Assembly: GCA_000002435.2 (NCBI GenBank)
Contig: CM018790.1
Length of the DNA: 64,000 nucleotides
Source of the DNA: Giardia intestinalis
Taxonomy: Eukaryota
Strand: one strand, 5' to 3'
Both the position numbers and the translations under genes were made by a program. The notes below the pieces were generated by a model. It was not told the DNA's origin. It saw only the letters and a program-made list of their open reading frames with translations, and searched no databases. This document shows, in pieces, positions 10,009 through 19,157 of the stretch (position 1 is its first letter; each line of letters begins with the position of its first letter).

Positions 10009-11118
10009 TTACTCGACCCAGCGGCCGCTTGCCGCCCGGAAGAGCCGGTCGAGGAGCGCGTCGGCAAGCCCCCGGGCAGGCTCTGGAGGCAGCGCGAGGA
10101 TGCACGCGGGCCCAAGCTTATCTGCCCGCCGCAGCGTCTCGAAGAGGCTTTGCGCAGCGGCCTCGAGTGTCGGCACGCTGTAGGCTCGCAAGATCCGTGC
10201 CGGCTCTGTGCCTTCTGGAAGAAGTCCGGCTAGACTTCTGAGGAGGGCATCAGGCTCCAGCTCTGCGAGAGCAGGATTGCAGTCAAGAATGACGACGAAG
10301 CCGTCGAGACGGGCCGGCAGGATGGCTCTAACAGCGCCTGGAAGCATAGGGCCTCCTTTCATGACAAGGTAACATTCAGTTCGCGGAGAGTAGTGTCGCA
10401 GAAACTGACCCGGCGAAGAGACTGCTTTCGTCTGAAGACCAGAGCTGGAAAGAGCACGTGTCTCAACGCGTATATAGTCCAAGGCGTTTGTCGGAAGAGT
10501 TGCAACTAGCATTTCTTCATTGACTTGGCCTCGACGCAGGATCGTCAAGCAATCCTTCTCGACCAACAGAACAGTGGACTCAATCCCTATGTCACAGCGT
10601 CCGCCATCGATGATCAGGAGGTCGCTATTAACAAACTCTGCAGCGACATCCTCTGCCTGCGTGGGAGAGATGCTCCCAAACATATTCGCGGAAGGGGCAG
10701 CGAGGGGCCGCGCAGCAAGCTCTAGAATAGCGCAGGCAACGGGGTGGCGAGGCATCCGTACACCGATTGTTTGGCTACCCGCTGTGACAATGGATGGGAC
10801 ACAAGGTGCGGCTGGAAGCACCATGGTGAGCGGACCCGGCCAAAATGCGGCTGCAAGGGCGTCGACTATTGAAGACAGCTCTACAGAAACCACAGCGACC
10901 ATAGGCAGTTGGGAAATATGCGATATATGAACAATGAGGGGATCGTTTGCGGGACGTTGTTTTAAGGTGAAGATCTTCGCGCATGCAGCTTCTGAAAGCG
11001 CGTCTGCAGCCAAGCCATACACTGTCTCTGTTGGTATAGCAACCAGCTCTCCACGCTGAAGGGCTCCTGCGGCATCAGCAAGCTCTGATTGGGTCGTGCC
11101 AAGGATGCGCGGAGGCAT
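10009..11118 (-). CDS. SUA5: threonylcarbamoyl-AMP synthase Sua5/YrdC (tRNA t6A biosynthesis)
   Basis: VAIPTETVYGLAADA, NDPLIVHI, FWPGPLTMVL, APSANMFG and IIDGG.CDIGIESTV are YrdC-domain motifs, followed by a C-terminal Sua5 domain. The track ORF extends to 11229 and overlaps the 3' end of the kinase gene. I place the start at the internal Met (MPPRILGTTQSELADAAGAL) at ~11118. Confidence 0.75.
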   Translation of the reverse strand: MPPRILGTTQSELADAAGALQRGELVAIPTETVYGLAADALSEAACAKIFTLKQRPANDPLIVHISHISQLPMVAVVSVELSSIVDALAAAFWPGPLTMVLPAAPCVPSIVTAGSQTIGVRMPRHPVACAILELAARPLAAPSANMFGSISPTQAEDVAAEFVNSDLLIIDGGRCDIGIESTVLLVEKDCLTILRRGQVNEEMLVATLPTNALDYIRVETRALSSSGLQTKAVSSPGQFLRHYSPRTECYLVMKGGPMLPGAVRAILPARLDGFVVILDCNPALAELEPDALLRSLAGLLPEGTEPARILRAYSVPTLEAAAQSLFETLRRADKLGPACILALPPEPARGLADALLDRLFRAASGRWVE

Positions 11119-11131
11119 TGAATTTTTCAGG

Positions 11132-12040
11132 CTATATTGCGAAGAACTGGTGCATAAGGGCGCGCTGAGCAGTAATACGGTCCTCAGGATTCCACGCAAG
11201 CATGTGTGCGAGGAGATCTGCCAACACATGACTGCAGCCGAGCTCTCTGCGAAGAGCTTCTCTAGCTTCAGCTAGCGTATAAATGTCGGCATCTGACACT
11301 GTCATGTTTTCGGTTATGAAGCGAGGCAAGGCATGCATGGCGCCTTTGCAGGCATCCGGCTTTAGGGGTTTTAGGAAGGCACAGATGAGCTGCAGCTGCT
11401 GAATCTCGGTGTCGCCGGGGAACAGAGGATCGCCCGTAAGCAGCTCAGCAAAGCAACAACCTGCTGCCCAGATGTCGATTGGAGGGCCATATCCGCTATA
11501 GTGCAGAAGGAGCTCAGGTGCTCTATACCACCGCGTGCTAACATAATCGGTATTTTGACGGGATCCCTGTGCCCTTGAAAGGCCAAAGTCAGCTATCTTT
11601 ACCCCAACAATGTCTCCGTTGGCATCTCCCGTCTCGCTCGTTAATAGAATGTTCTCTAGTTTCAAATCCCGGTGAATCACGCTGTTCGTATGGATGTGAT
11701 AGAGGCCCTGGAGAATGCGGAATGCAATGTTTCGTAGCATGTGCTCTTTGAGTGGTCCCGAAGATCGAAGAAAATTCAGGAGGGTACCTCCACCTGCGTA
11801 TTCGAAGATCAAGTGTGTGTGGTCCCTAGTGACAACTACTCGAATAAGGCGAATGATATTTGGATGGGGTGGAAGCCTCCGGAGCGTAGCTACTTCGGGC
11901 AGCTGGAGAGGATCAGAGACACAGAGGGTGTGACTGTTCATGATCTTGATGGCGACGAAATCCCCCTTCGTATCCACTGCGTGCAGGACATCCCCGTACG
12001 TGCCAGACCCCACGCGACGCACCGGCGTGTAGGCATCCAT
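11132..12040 (-). CDS. CMGC Ser/Thr protein kinase, RCK (MAK/ICK/LF4)-like
   Basis: GSGTYGDV...VAIKIM, HRDLKLENILL, DFGLSR and DYVSTRWYRAPELLL (the RCK/MAK-type activation segment) are present. The track ORF (to 12268) has a 76-aa non-kinase extension running through the RPL37 gene. The likely start is MDAYTPVRRVGSGTYG at ~12040. Confidence 0.7.
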   Translation of the reverse strand: MDAYTPVRRVGSGTYGDVLHAVDTKGDFVAIKIMNSHTLCVSDPLQLPEVATLRRLPPHPNIIRLIRVVVTRDHTHLIFEYAGGGTLLNFLRSSGPLKEHMLRNIAFRILQGLYHIHTNSVIHRDLKLENILLTSETGDANGDIVGVKIADFGLSRAQGSRQNTDYVSTRWYRAPELLLHYSGYGPPIDIWAAGCCFAELLTGDPLFPGDTEIQQLQLICAFLKPLKPDACKGAMHALPRFITENMTVSDADIYTLAEAREALRRELGCSHVLADLLAHMLAWNPEDRITAQRALMHQFFAI

Positions 12041-12060
12041 CGGACCGACCTCGTGCAAAT

Positions 12061-12330
12061 TTACTTGGCAAGGTACTTCCTGGCGTTTGCCTTGAGCGTT
12101 CCCGAGTTGTAGGCCCTGTAGACCTTGCGCATGTGGGACATGCTGCCCGTCCCCTGTGTCCTTCTGCGGAGAGACTTGTAGCTCCAGTTGTACCTGCGCA
12201 TCTTGGCAGACGGGTACCCGCAAGACGCACACTCGTGCTTCTGTAGGTGGAAGGAGTGCTTGCCGCACCGGCGGCAGCTGCCGTGAATGCGCGTGTGGCG
12301 CTTACCGAACGACGCTGTGCCCTTGGACAT
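12061..12330 (-). CDS. RPL37: 60S ribosomal protein L37e
   Basis: MSKGTASFGKRHTRIHGSCRRCGKHSFHLQKHECASCGYPSAKMRRYNWSYKSLRRRTQGTG has the C4 zinc-ribbon pattern of L37e. The track ORF begins at an alternative TTG 11 codons upstream. The first ATG is at ~12330, preceded by 'gttaaaaacgggaactcg'. Confidence 0.8.
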   Translation of the reverse strand: MSKGTASFGKRHTRIHGSCRRCGKHSFHLQKHECASCGYPSAKMRRYNWSYKSLRRRTQGTGSMSHMRKVYRAYNSGTLKANARKYLAK

Positions 12331-12514
12331 CGAGTTCCCGTTTTTAACAGCGACTAATTCCAATTTAAAATGCTATGTCCGGCATGGAGGTATGGAGGAG
12401 TGAGGCCCGGCGCATGCTGAAAGGGTCAGGACACAAAGCTACCTATCGATTGCTCACTACACAACCCAACTAGCCGCTTCGCAGATATTTGGCGTTCAGT
12501 AAATTTCAACTTTA

Positions 12515-15500
12515 GTGTTCATGGACACTTTGCGTCAGTTCTTCACGGATCCCCAGCTTTTTTATGACTCTGAGCGACAGTGCCGAGCACTTGAAATGGC
12601 AATCACCATCCGCGAGGCTGAGCCGCTGTACTACATCGAGTGCAGACCTTTCAGTCAGCTCCTCGATGCCATCGATAGAAACGTTTTAGAACGCTTTTCA
12701 TTATCAGAACTTTCAAGCTTTAAGCACAACAAGAGAGACCAGCGGGTGTTGAGCGCGGGGATTCGAACCGCAGAAGAACACAATCCAGTCATGGCCGGGA
12801 TCTTTGGCTGCTTTGAAGAGTATCTTGATGAAGCCAGAAACGCGCTGCTGCAGGACGGAGCAGATGCAGGCTCGATCAAAGACCTTGTGGTGCTTAAGCA
12901 GCTCGACGCTAAGAGCACCAGAACCCAAGAAGAGCTCCAGCGTGATCTGTGCATGTTGGTCGCACCGCTGTGTCGCTTTCTGTATGTAACCTTGAGCAAA
13001 GGTATTTATTTGACCACCTCTACAGACGAATTCAGGGACGTCCATGCTGTCGAGGTCCTATTCCAGAGCATTGCAAGACTCTTTCTTCACACACTACCTC
13101 ATTTACTATTTAACTTTGGCACGGATGTGGAGGACCCGGCACAGTTTTCCTTTAACAACGAAAGCGTCTGCCTTATGATGAAGGCTGCTTTGGAGATGCT
13201 TGCGTCTTTAATGGCTCTCATCAACTATCACAATAAGTACGGACCAATACTATTGGTTCCTGATGCTCGGCAAGATGTGATTGATGCGCAAAATAGCCTC
13301 GAACACATCCTGCCAACCAAAACGGACTATAGTCAGGTGGTGAAGCTATCGTCTCTCGATCACCTATTGTTTTCTATAGGGAAGGGTGTGATGCCTATCC
13401 TTGGGGAATACCTTATGCAATGCAATAAGTTTCTCTCCGCTTTGTACACCGTCACCAACCCACACCGCACAAGGTTGAGCCAGCTAAATGCTGCGCTGAG
13501 TAGCATAAGTATAGGCATCTTATTCTTTATTCACGAGCTCTTGTCAATGACGTACGTCGACTCTTCCTGCCTTGTGTATGAGCAGCCCTCAGTTCCTGTG
13601 GATGATACTGTCGGAACGCTGCGCAATAAGAGCTTTAGAAAAATCAGAAACTCGAGTAACCCCAGAGACAATGAATTTTTAACTAGGAGAGCTATATCCA
13701 AGAACTTACCCAACAAAACCGCTGTCGCTAGCTTTAAGACTCGAGAAGAGGTCCACGAGTGCATCATATCTACCATGGTTGTCAACAAAATGATAGATCA
13801 GATCTTTGTCTTTCTTCAGGCCTCTGAAGGAAGCAGACCCTACCTGCTAGCTCTTTCCATTTTGCACATTCTTCCTTTGGATCGCATGAGCTCCACACAT
13901 TATGCATGTACCGTCCTTGCGCGGCTATGCGTTGACAAATTTCACCACTACTTTGTTGTCAAGGGACATGACTTCGCATATAAACGGCTTAACCGCAAAG
14001 AAATAGACCTTCAGCTTTCATACCTCCACCTAATAGCCAAGGCGTCCACTCTCAAGTCCTCCTTCATATCTGTTCTATGCGAATTCATACGGCTTACACC
14101 CGAGAAGGAATCTGTTAATAAACCTAGGAAGACATCAACAATGGATAAGGATGCAGAGCCAGAACAGTTAGTGTTCAATTTTGTCTCTGACTATGTCATA
14201 GAACTTCTTTCTCGCTACGGACGCCACGAATTTCATCCCGTTCGGCACGCTCTTGTGTATCTAAATGGTCCAGCACAGCTTGAGGCTATCATGCAAGCAG
14301 GAATGACAATAGCCAAGGAGACTCTTGTCTTCGAAAGGCCTCCAATATATAATGATGCAACTATGACCGGGTTGTCCTTCAACAAGAATCTTGTTAAAGA
14401 AGAGAACACGAAAAATACCTCTGCAGCCGGACGCAGCATAGGATCAGGGAGATCTTCAGCCTTGTTTCGTCACCAAGCCACCCACCCTGTCTCAGGAAGC
14501 ACAGGAGGAAGAGATTCAGGGCTTAATCTATTTAATAGCAGCGCCCGAAACGTACCTTTATCTAATACCCTACATAAGAATAGCCTACCCGAAAGCGACC
14601 GTGTTGCAGGAACAACTGTCTCTATCATAAAATCGTGTGCTGGAACGGCGTCCACCGCAATTCCCAAATCTTCTGTTAAACCCATAATTGATAGCAAGGT
14701 GATGAAAGCTCTTACAGAAGAATATATTCATGTGTCCAAAACCGCAAAGACCTCTGGCACGGCTACAAACACTGGCAGAAGACAGTTAGAATACCACAGA
14801 CCAGCGAAGAACTTCCGAAGCAATGTCCCCGAGGGATACACTGTTAACTACATTGAGCTGAACAAGCAGCGGTTGTCAGAAGGCAAGCTTGTAGAAGAGG
14901 ACTACCAGCGTCAGGTGAAGCTTGCCGCTCAGCAGGATGAAGAAGAGGACTACTATATTCTTCATAGCAGCGACATACCAAATCATATGAGGACCGTAAA
15001 GATGTATGAGGCGCTTGAGGAGCGCGAAAAGCGGAACAGAAGGATGTTCAACGCCTGCAAGGCCAAAATCTTCACTGACATGCGCAAGGGAATGTCGGTG
15101 ATAATGCACAATGGCACCTACGAAAACGAGCACTTCGACGAATGCGTTAAGATTAAGAATAAGGGGAGCTTAATGGGAAAACTGACAGCAGCATTGGGTG
15201 GCGGAGCGCTGGATTCGAATATGCCCCTGGTTACCAACGCGCTGGACCAGATTGACCCCGTCTATGAAGTTTTATACATATACCACAGCCTTGTGATTCT
15301 GCGCAACCTGATCTGCCACTCTTCGACAATGGCTGACAACAAGACACGATCTATCCTTGCCACTATAAAGCCAGATCTCCTCAAAGCTCTGGTGTACTTT
15401 ATCTCTACCCAAAACCCGGTCCTCTTAAGCGTAAGCTTTGATCTACTCTTCGAAATCATCACCTATCCCGAGGGCCTTTCTGAGTACCTTCAGTACGGCA

Positions 15501-17533
15501 TTAATATCGATCTAAGCTCTCAAGAAGAAGCCAACGCCCTTGCAAATATGGGAGAGAAGATGGATTATTCTGCATCCGTCTGGGAAATATTGATGTTCTC
15601 TAACTTTGTTGATATTTTACGCGACATGATTTCCGTGGGCCAGATAGACGCTATCAATTTCATTATGCGCTTTTTCCAACAGTCTCAGATTAGGAGCTTT
15701 GCTGCAGCAGGACTTGCGCAAGCTGCCACACACGATGACCCAGCGCCGATCCTCCGTCTTAACGAGAAGGTCATTAAAGAGTTTGCCGTCTTTATAGATC
15801 CATTGATCCAGTTCTTCTACATGACTAGTGACATCGAAATGCAGCAGATTGCGTTGATTGCTGTTTCCTTCCTTTCGTTCACATGTGGCCCTTCTACTCG
15901 GCCGCTTCTTGGTTCATACATCAGCAACCACTCCTTGGATGTGCTTTCGGGCACAATCATCGATGTGAGTAGGGTTCCAAATCATTTTAATATGCTAGCA
16001 GTAATTGTCGCTGCTTATGGTGTCTTCGCTGGATCCAACGATAGCCGTGCTGCAGCGGCTTGTGTTCAGAGCAACGTCCTCTCAACTATATGCGAGACGT
16101 TTGTGTCCCGCTTCACAGACACTAAGAAAGACAGTGCAAAGTTAGCCTTTGTTGATATTATTCTAATACGGTTCCTTACAGATATCCTTGGTAGCGGAAA
16201 CGCAGAGGTATTAGCCTATCTCCAAGAAAACACGACTCTGCAATCAGCAATTTGCGGACTGTATCGGCGGTGGCTACAGACCAACAAGATGATGCATGTT
16301 GATGAGGATACGTTAGTCCTTTTACCAGGAACGGAGCGAAAGGCCGCTAAGCGTAATATTCCCCGTGGTTGTTTCTATGATCTGACAACAGACTTCATAT
16401 CTGCCGTCTCAATGCTGAAACGCTCAGGGTCGCCGGCAAACGTTGTCGAATCTCTACGCTCTGGAAGTACGCGCACCACAGCAACGTCTCGTGGACGGCC
16501 AGTAAAAAACTATATCCACCAATACAGTAACATCGTGGCCATACAGTCGCAAATTTGTGATGCTATGGGTAATGATGAGTCGTTTGAGCTGCTAGACCTT
16601 TTCCAAAATAAAGATTGCGAAGAAAGCGTCTCAGGATCCCGCTCATTCACCGCCACGAAAACATTGGGAACATTAAATGAAGGGGTTCTTGAAGATAATG
16701 GATCAGGTGAAGGCTGCAGAGATACACATATGAAAGGAAGATATAGTGAGCTCCTAAACCTGAATAGCCGTTTCAAGTACAAGGATTGGTTTCCACCCAT
16801 TCTGGACTCTCCAACTGTCGAAAGAAGTCAACTTGAGATACCTCCAGAGCTTACCAATATGATGCTTACAGATTTCAATAGTCTCGTTCTAGCGTTCTTC
16901 AAGGCCTTATATCACAACCTTGGCTCATTAGAATGCAAGATAATCAAATATGAACCCAAACGCGAGTCCCTCCTTCAGTCAGCGCTTATGCAAGCATCTG
17001 TAAGAAGCGAGGCACCAAGTCTCAACGCTTCGCTAGTGTCAACTAAGCATACCAAAGCCACAGTCAGCGATCTTAATCTAAGCAGCCTGGGAGGGCCAAC
17101 CGTTACACTTCCATCGCTGCCCACTCCAGCGTCAATGACGGTTCCTGAGAGTCTTACAGGCACTGCAAAGCCTAGTCTGGGCCTTTGCCTTCCTATCGTT
17201 CCCAAGCTTGGAAGCGGTAAGATGGACATCGCTTTAAGTACTAAAGCCACCACTCCTCCAGCAGCTCCAGAGGTAGTGCTGCACCTTCCAACCGTCGATG
17301 TCCTGAGCATCATAGCTATGCTTGGGTATGGTCTGAAAAGCACCCTCGAGATTTATCAAAAAACAAGTGCTGTCGAGTTCATAGCAGCCGACAGAGAGTT
17401 CGTCACCGCAGCAGCTACCCGAATCGAAGAGCGGATTATGGCGCTATCTGAGCAAGGGGCTGCACTGGTTCGGGAGGAGAGGGATGCGCAGCTGGGCGGA
17501 GAAGCTGAATACTACACGAGTATGCTGAAGTAA
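12515..17533 (+). CDS. very large hypothetical protein (1672 aa), probably helical-repeat
   Basis: Uninterrupted 5-kb ORF with a protein-like composition throughout. No catalytic motif recognised. A Ser/Thr-rich low-complexity stretch lies mid-protein. Confidence 0.6.
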   Translation: MFMDTLRQFFTDPQLFYDSERQCRALEMAITIREAEPLYYIECRPFSQLLDAIDRNVLERFSLSELSSFKHNKRDQRVLSAGIRTAEEHNPVMAGIFGCFEEYLDEARNALLQDGADAGSIKDLVVLKQLDAKSTRTQEELQRDLCMLVAPLCRFLYVTLSKGIYLTTSTDEFRDVHAVEVLFQSIARLFLHTLPHLLFNFGTDVEDPAQFSFNNESVCLMMKAALEMLASLMALINYHNKYGPILLVPDARQDVIDAQNSLEHILPTKTDYSQVVKLSSLDHLLFSIGKGVMPILGEYLMQCNKFLSALYTVTNPHRTRLSQLNAALSSISIGILFFIHELLSMTYVDSSCLVYEQPSVPVDDTVGTLRNKSFRKIRNSSNPRDNEFLTRRAISKNLPNKTAVASFKTREEVHECIISTMVVNKMIDQIFVFLQASEGSRPYLLALSILHILPLDRMSSTHYACTVLARLCVDKFHHYFVVKGHDFAYKRLNRKEIDLQLSYLHLIAKASTLKSSFISVLCEFIRLTPEKESVNKPRKTSTMDKDAEPEQLVFNFVSDYVIELLSRYGRHEFHPVRHALVYLNGPAQLEAIMQAGMTIAKETLVFERPPIYNDATMTGLSFNKNLVKEENTKNTSAAGRSIGSGRSSALFRHQATHPVSGSTGGRDSGLNLFNSSARNVPLSNTLHKNSLPESDRVAGTTVSIIKSCAGTASTAIPKSSVKPIIDSKVMKALTEEYIHVSKTAKTSGTATNTGRRQLEYHRPAKNFRSNVPEGYTVNYIELNKQRLSEGKLVEEDYQRQVKLAAQQDEEEDYYILHSSDIPNHMRTVKMYEALEEREKRNRRMFNACKAKIFTDMRKGMSVIMHNGTYENEHFDECVKIKNKGSLMGKLTAALGGGALDSNMPLVTNALDQIDPVYEVLYIYHSLVILRNLICHSSTMADNKTRSILATIKPDLLKALVYFISTQNPVLLSVSFDLLFEIITYPEGLSEYLQYGINIDLSSQEEANALANMGEKMDYSASVWEILMFSNFVDILRDMISVGQIDAINFIMRFFQQSQIRSFAAAGLAQAATHDDPAPILRLNEKVIKEFAVFIDPLIQFFYMTSDIEMQQIALIAVSFLSFTCGPSTRPLLGSYISNHSLDVLSGTIIDVSRVPNHFNMLAVIVAAYGVFAGSNDSRAAAACVQSNVLSTICETFVSRFTDTKKDSAKLAFVDIILIRFLTDILGSGNAEVLAYLQENTTLQSAICGLYRRWLQTNKMMHVDEDTLVLLPGTERKAAKRNIPRGCFYDLTTDFISAVSMLKRSGSPANVVESLRSGSTRTTATSRGRPVKNYIHQYSNIVAIQSQICDAMGNDESFELLDLFQNKDCEESVSGSRSFTATKTLGTLNEGVLEDNGSGEGCRDTHMKGRYSELLNLNSRFKYKDWFPPILDSPTVERSQLEIPPELTNMMLTDFNSLVLAFFKALYHNLGSLECKIIKYEPKRESLLQSALMQASVRSEAPSLNASLVSTKHTKATVSDLNLSSLGGPTVTLPSLPTPASMTVPESLTGTAKPSLGLCLPIVPKLGSGKMDIALSTKATTPPAAPEVVLHLPTVDVLSIIAMLGYGLKSTLEIYQKTSAVEFIAADREFVTAAATRIEERIMALSEQGAALVREERDAQLGGEAEYYTSMLK

Positions 17534-18102
17534 AGGATATCTCTGCTTAACCAGCTAGAGACCTTAGCTTGTTGGAGTTCTTGGGCGGTTGTAGCTATCA
17601 TGTATACAAGTTGATTGATACAGGGGCATAAATCTGTCAAAAGATAGAAGCTGACACATTGGCAACCTACTGAGTACGACATAACTGCCCCTTGCTAAAC
17701 CGAAATTTAGACTCGTGACACACAAATATGCAATCGGATTATTGCACATGCATGTTTTCAAAATTAATTGGCACAGGGGAGCAGGAAATCTGCCTTCCCA
17801 TGAATCAGTTCTTTTGGGCCAGCAATTAGTTTTGGGTATACACGTGGAGGCGAGATAGATTTGAACGTCCGCGCTCTATTATTTTCCAGGAGTGTCTTCC
17901 GGCATGTTAGTCGAGCAAAGTTTGTGTCGATAAGGTGAAACATGTGTGTAAAGCACACATGGACAAAAGCCGCGGCATTCTTTATCTCAATTGAAGCATA
18001 AGGTCGATAGGCTAGAGCAACTTTTCCGTCTATCTTCAAGAATCACGTTATATTAGCAACGCCTTTAAGAAAGAGTTTGTGTTGACCGGGAATAATTTTC
18101 GG

Positions 18103-18768
18103 ATGCTCTTTCGACAGCAGCAACAGCTCCCTTTGACGACTCAGAACCAATGGATTATAAACTATCAAAGGGGGGATATACAGTATGCCGTAGCTCGCGC
18201 CCTTGCGATGTTCTTAAGCACCGGTCTTTTCGCAAATGGATACGATTGGCCTGAAGAGAAGGCCCGGAGAGAGCAGCTCCAGGCCCTGGTTGATCAGATG
18301 GATGCGTTCCTCGGGTATATTTCCGATGCAATCCACTTCACTGATACGGAGCTAGTTTATGCCCTGGTCCTCTTGTCGCGGATCCACGTGCGAGGCGACT
18401 CCTGTGTTAGTGTGTTTACCGTACGGCGGTTTTTACTGGTATGTCTTCACATTTCTATTCAGATGACTCGAGACTATGAGCTGACATTCTGGCGGTGGCC
18501 CGAGCTTCTCTCCAATCTAGATCTCGCAGCGTACACGGCTATGTACGCTGAAGCCCTGAAGATCCTCGACTGGAATACTCACGTCGTAAGTGAGGAGTTA
18601 GCGACAACGCATGCACATATCTCTTCATTTCTCATTGTGCATGACGAACGGATACAGCGGTACGCGGACCCATACACGCCCTACTTGATGCATCAGTATT
18701 GGCATCCGAATTCGTGCTACTTTTCCCCTATGCCCGTTTACAATTTACCACAGGTCTATATGTGGTAG
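18103..18768 (+). CDS. PHO80-like cyclin (cyclin-fold CDK regulator), tentative
   Basis: VYALVLLSRIHVRGDSCVSVFTVRRFLLVCLHISIQMTRDYELTFWRWPELLSNLDLAAYTAMYAEALKILDWNTHV follows the PHO80-cyclin box pattern (YLdRi...f.l...vhRlflv.l.vAsK..dD..y.n..wa.v.Gi...ELn.lE..fL..ldw.L). The track ORF starts at an alternative GTG at 18079. The first ATG is at ~18103 (MLFRQQQQ). Confidence 0.45.
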   Translation: MLFRQQQQLPLTTQNQWIINYQRGDIQYAVARALAMFLSTGLFANGYDWPEEKARREQLQALVDQMDAFLGYISDAIHFTDTELVYALVLLSRIHVRGDSCVSVFTVRRFLLVCLHISIQMTRDYELTFWRWPELLSNLDLAAYTAMYAEALKILDWNTHVVSEELATTHAHISSFLIVHDERIQRYADPYTPYLMHQYWHPNSCYFSPMPVYNLPQVYMW

Positions 18769-18788
18769 CCAATAGCATTTCCGCGAAT

Positions 18789-19079
18789 TTATTTATTCGT
18801 GTCGCTTTCCCTGCCCTCTCCCTGCTCCGGGAAGTCTGCAGGGAGAGCCCCGCCTAGTTGTAAATTACAAGGTCTGTATTCGTGCTCAAACATGTACCAT
18901 GCAACGAGGAAGCATATCGAGAGAACTAGGAAGGGAAGCCCCAGGAGCGGCTGGTGGTAGGTGATATATGCTCCCAGCCCGATCAACATCACAGAGGACA
19001 GGTAGACACATCCGATAACCTTTGCGCCAGCACCCTCCTGAAGCCATTTTGGGAGCCCGTCCTCGGGAGAAACTGACAT
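18789..19079 (-). CDS. small hypothetical membrane protein (two predicted TM helices)
   Basis: 96-aa ORF with two hydrophobic segments (VIGCVYLSSVMLIGLGAYITY, LPFLVLSICFLVAWYMF). Confidence 0.35.
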   Translation of the reverse strand: MSVSPEDGLPKWLQEGAGAKVIGCVYLSSVMLIGLGAYITYHQPLLGLPFLVLSICFLVAWYMFEHEYRPCNLQLGGALPADFPEQGEGRESDTNK

Positions 19080-19157
19080 TTTAAATTGATTCGGAACCAG
19101 CTTGAGGGTCAGAACGATCGCACGCCAAGCCCCGCTCTAATAATTTACTATCTGCGG

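Noticed and set aside
9594-10241. GC-rich ORFs 9594-10115(-), 9737-10105(-), 9918-10241(+) and 9998-10183(+) overlapping the GRWD1 5' end, the tRNA and the Sua5 3' end
   Set aside because: They overlap a confidently folded tRNA and the ends of two homologous genes. Their translations are Arg/Pro/Ala-rich low complexity, typical of chance ORFs in GC-rich sequence.
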